Part shown: piece by piece, positions 61,378-64,000 of the stretch
How positions within the stretch are numbered: the first letter of the stretch is position 1
Layout of the letters: each line of letters opens with the position of its first letter
Origin: Antedon mediterranea
Lineage: Eukaryota > Animalia > Echinodermata
DNA: 64,000 nucleotides
Direction of reading: 5' to 3'
Assembly (NCBI RefSeq): GCF_964355755.1
Contig: NC_092671.1
Span: 35,970,304-36,034,303, forward strand
The notes under the pieces: model-generated
What the model was told of the DNA's origin: nothing
The model's database searches: none
Seen by the model: the letters and a program-made list of their open reading frames with translations, nothing else
Position numbers and translations under genes: made by a program

Positions 61378-64000
61378 AGATGTATTGTCCCCCTGAACAA
61401 AATTTTTTTTTTTTTAAAGGCCATTTTAATGATACATAAAAGTTATTCACTTTGAAAAAAAATTGGATCAAAAAAAAAATTATTTACCTTAGAAAATCGT
61501 AATTTAAAGTAAAAAATAGTCAACCGGAAGTCGGTTGGCTGGCAGCCAGCTGGCTTCCGGTTTAATTTAACCCTTGACCTGAATTAGCTTATGAATTATG
61601 CATATTGTATGATTCTTGTGCGTGTATGTGACCCCTAGGTCATCAGAAAAAAAATACGACGTGATATGGCGAGACGACAACGATGTGGGAAAGTTCTGTA
61701 GTTTAACAACAAAAAAAACAACTCCTACTTGAAGAAAAGACTATGGCTAGGCCCTAGCAGATTGGTAAGTAAGAACTGTAGTAGTTTCTATGGTGCAGCT
61801 TTGTTAGTTAGTATAGGAAGCCTAGCTAGCCCATTACAGCTGTACTGGCTATCTAGTGTACTATCCCCTATCTATTGGCTAGGCCTAGAGTAGTAGCTAG
61901 TCTAGTAGTAGTAGTAGTACTAGGCCTAGTTGTAGGCCTGAGTGAGGGTTCACCCTGAGTGAGTAGCAGGCCTAGCTAATAGATACAACTTGTAAGCCTT
62001 ATTAATAGTTATTGCCAACCTAGCTTTAAATAGGATTAGGCCTATAACATTCATCTGTGAGCATGGAGTAAGGAATAAGGTTTTAGCATGGAGGTATAAA
62101 AATAAAATATTTTATACCTCCATGGTTTTATTGTGACTTGTGTGAATTTCGACACCACCAACTCGTCTTATTTTTAGTATAATACTATAATATTAATAAT
62201 AGTCTTTAATTTATCATTATTCATATCACTTTTCATTCATTTTAAAACATTTAATTTTCTTTTCTATGTAGAGTTTGTGATTAAAAAAAATTATACATAA
62301 GAGCAGCGAAACTCAAAAAGCGAAAACTTGTGAATGGCTGCCAAAAATAGAAAATAAGGCCAGGAGAGATTATGGTGCTTGGTTTTCCCTTCATGATTAA
62401 TTAGATTTTAATGCTAATATAAATTTGTGAAAATTGTAACTAGGCCTATACTGTACATCCAATAATGTAATTATTTTAGAGAAAATGACCAAATAATCTA
62501 AGTTAAATATTTTTTGGAATGTGTACTTTACAGTACTTAGTACCGTTATGTTGAAAATTCTTCCAAAGCAATAACGTTCAAACCAACATTCACACAATTA
62601 AACTTTTTATGTACATATTTTAATAAATAATGTCTTTCTTTTAATAGGTATTAACACACTTGAATGAACAATATGAGCAAGTAGTGGAAAATGGTGAAGA
62701 AATCAACACAAAATGTGGTAGCAACATTCACAATATTTATTTGAACGTTTCTTACTATGACACTTTAAAATGGATGAACAATCAAAGAAGACAAGCTATT
62801 GATGTAATGCCACAATCAACACATCAATTAATAGTTGAAAATAAATTGTCAACAATAATGCAGAAATTCAATGAAATATACTAGTAATTAACTCATTTTT
62901 TACTGTACTGTACTGTAAATCTTCACACATTAAAATTATGGTGATTTTATCTCATGTACTGTAGTAGTATTTTTTATTTATTTAATGCTGTATACAAATG
63001 TTATTGCTCTAATTATGAAAACTATACAACATTTTAAAAGCTGGAAAACAACCAACACATTTGCCTAATGCTTTATGATAGTCATCCAATATTTATCTTG
63101 TGTTCCACTACCGAGTCTACTGCCAGTTGCCTTTAAAATGCTGTATGGGTGTAACTTCTGTTCCAGTCTTCATTAGCTTAAGTCTATAAATTGAAAAACA
63201 ATGATGTATAAATACAAAAGTCAAATAGAAAAGTTAAATATTTCACAATTTATTGCATACATATAATTATTATTTCTGTACATGAATCTGAAGTTTTCAA
63301 TTTGGGGTACTAATGTACAGTAAGGAATCCCTGAAAAGTGCATCTCCTCCCTAAAAAAGGCCTAGTCTAATTACTAGTGTTTTCGTTTTGGTTGCTATCA
63401 ACAACAATCTATTCTACCGTCAACTTCTTTGGTACTGTATGCTGATCATTTTCCAAATGTTCGTTTTTTGTCATCAGTTAGTCTTTTTGTAGACTTTAAA
63501 ATTAATTCGAGCTCCAAATGTATATCAGTGGTACATCAACATAGTAGGCCTATTTCCTGTAGCTAGTTGTGGAGTGATGGCTTAGCTAGGTGAGTACGAT
63601 ATATAGGACCTAGCTAGGCCTCAAAGTGGGTTCCCGTCTACTTTTCTGACCCGATTATCTGCCTGCCTACAGCTGCTGCTACACTACACTACACAGTAGT
63701 AAACTACAGTACTAACTAGGCCTAGGCCCTACTAGATAGTAGAAGTAGGCTTATATTATAGCCCTAACCTAGATAGCTAAGCCTATAACTATACGCCAAA
63801 AACTATTATAGGAGGATGTGTCATTCATCTAAAATAGAATTCTACTTACCAGCAAATTAACGGCAGAGCTTTTTACATCATACGATCAGGGAAACCCCAG
63901 CACTTTCTTCTGTTCTTCGCACATGTTTGTTTACGTGGTGAACAGATCGGATCTCCCCTGTTTGGAAACTCATTAACATATCATGCATATTTATGAGCTG
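61378..64000. mobile_element. Decayed Kolobok element sharing its end with MITE family D; right end beyond the window
   Basis: TTAA then agatgtattgtccccc; subterminal agcttatgaattatgcat (~61586) loosely mirrored by atgcatatttatgagct at the window end; convergent spliced gene remnants inside. Confidence 0.7.
63040..63183 (-). pseudogene. KolX-like (P2X7 C-terminus-like) last-exon remnant
   Basis: After acceptor tgtttttcaatttatag: NEDWNRSYTHTAF*RQL, then in shifted frames RLGSG and GKCVG.F, resembling the NR.YRH.AYRQ...LG.G.R...G.Y.GF pattern as I recall it. Confidence 0.5.

Overview
AT-rich, intron- and transposon-dominated eukaryotic DNA. The repeat families and TAGGCCTA-rich composition suggest an invertebrate deuterostome such as an echinoderm, but this is inference only. 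The only long intact ORFs belong to a full-length CR1/L2-group LINE on the minus strand (ORF1 37887-38579; APE-RT ORF2 34274-37441), nested inside a TTAA-flanked Kolobok-type element (33003-38991). Two minus-strand exons (56034-56180 and 27790-27893) appear to be the last coding exons of an unidentified host gene, joined across a ~28 kb intron. The most striking structures are two ~1.9 kb almost fully palindromic non-autonomous elements built from tandem-repeat modules: one IS3EU-like (16801-18734, 6-bp TSD, with a second pair of IS3EU-like ends inside) and one Ginger2-like (30822-32771, 5-bp TSD). The window also holds a decayed Kolobok with a KolX-like remnant inserted into a 176-bp satellite with a 540-bp higher-order repeat, a Harbinger derivative with a Myb/SANT remnant, many Harbinger-type MITEs (three pairs stacked on a shared TWA site), tRNA-derived SINEs, LINE 3' fragments and a strand-biased CAGGTR cluster. 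I found no prokaryotic-style system such as CRISPR or an operon, and I cannot show a wholly new system from sequence alone. Coordinates and counts were read by eye.
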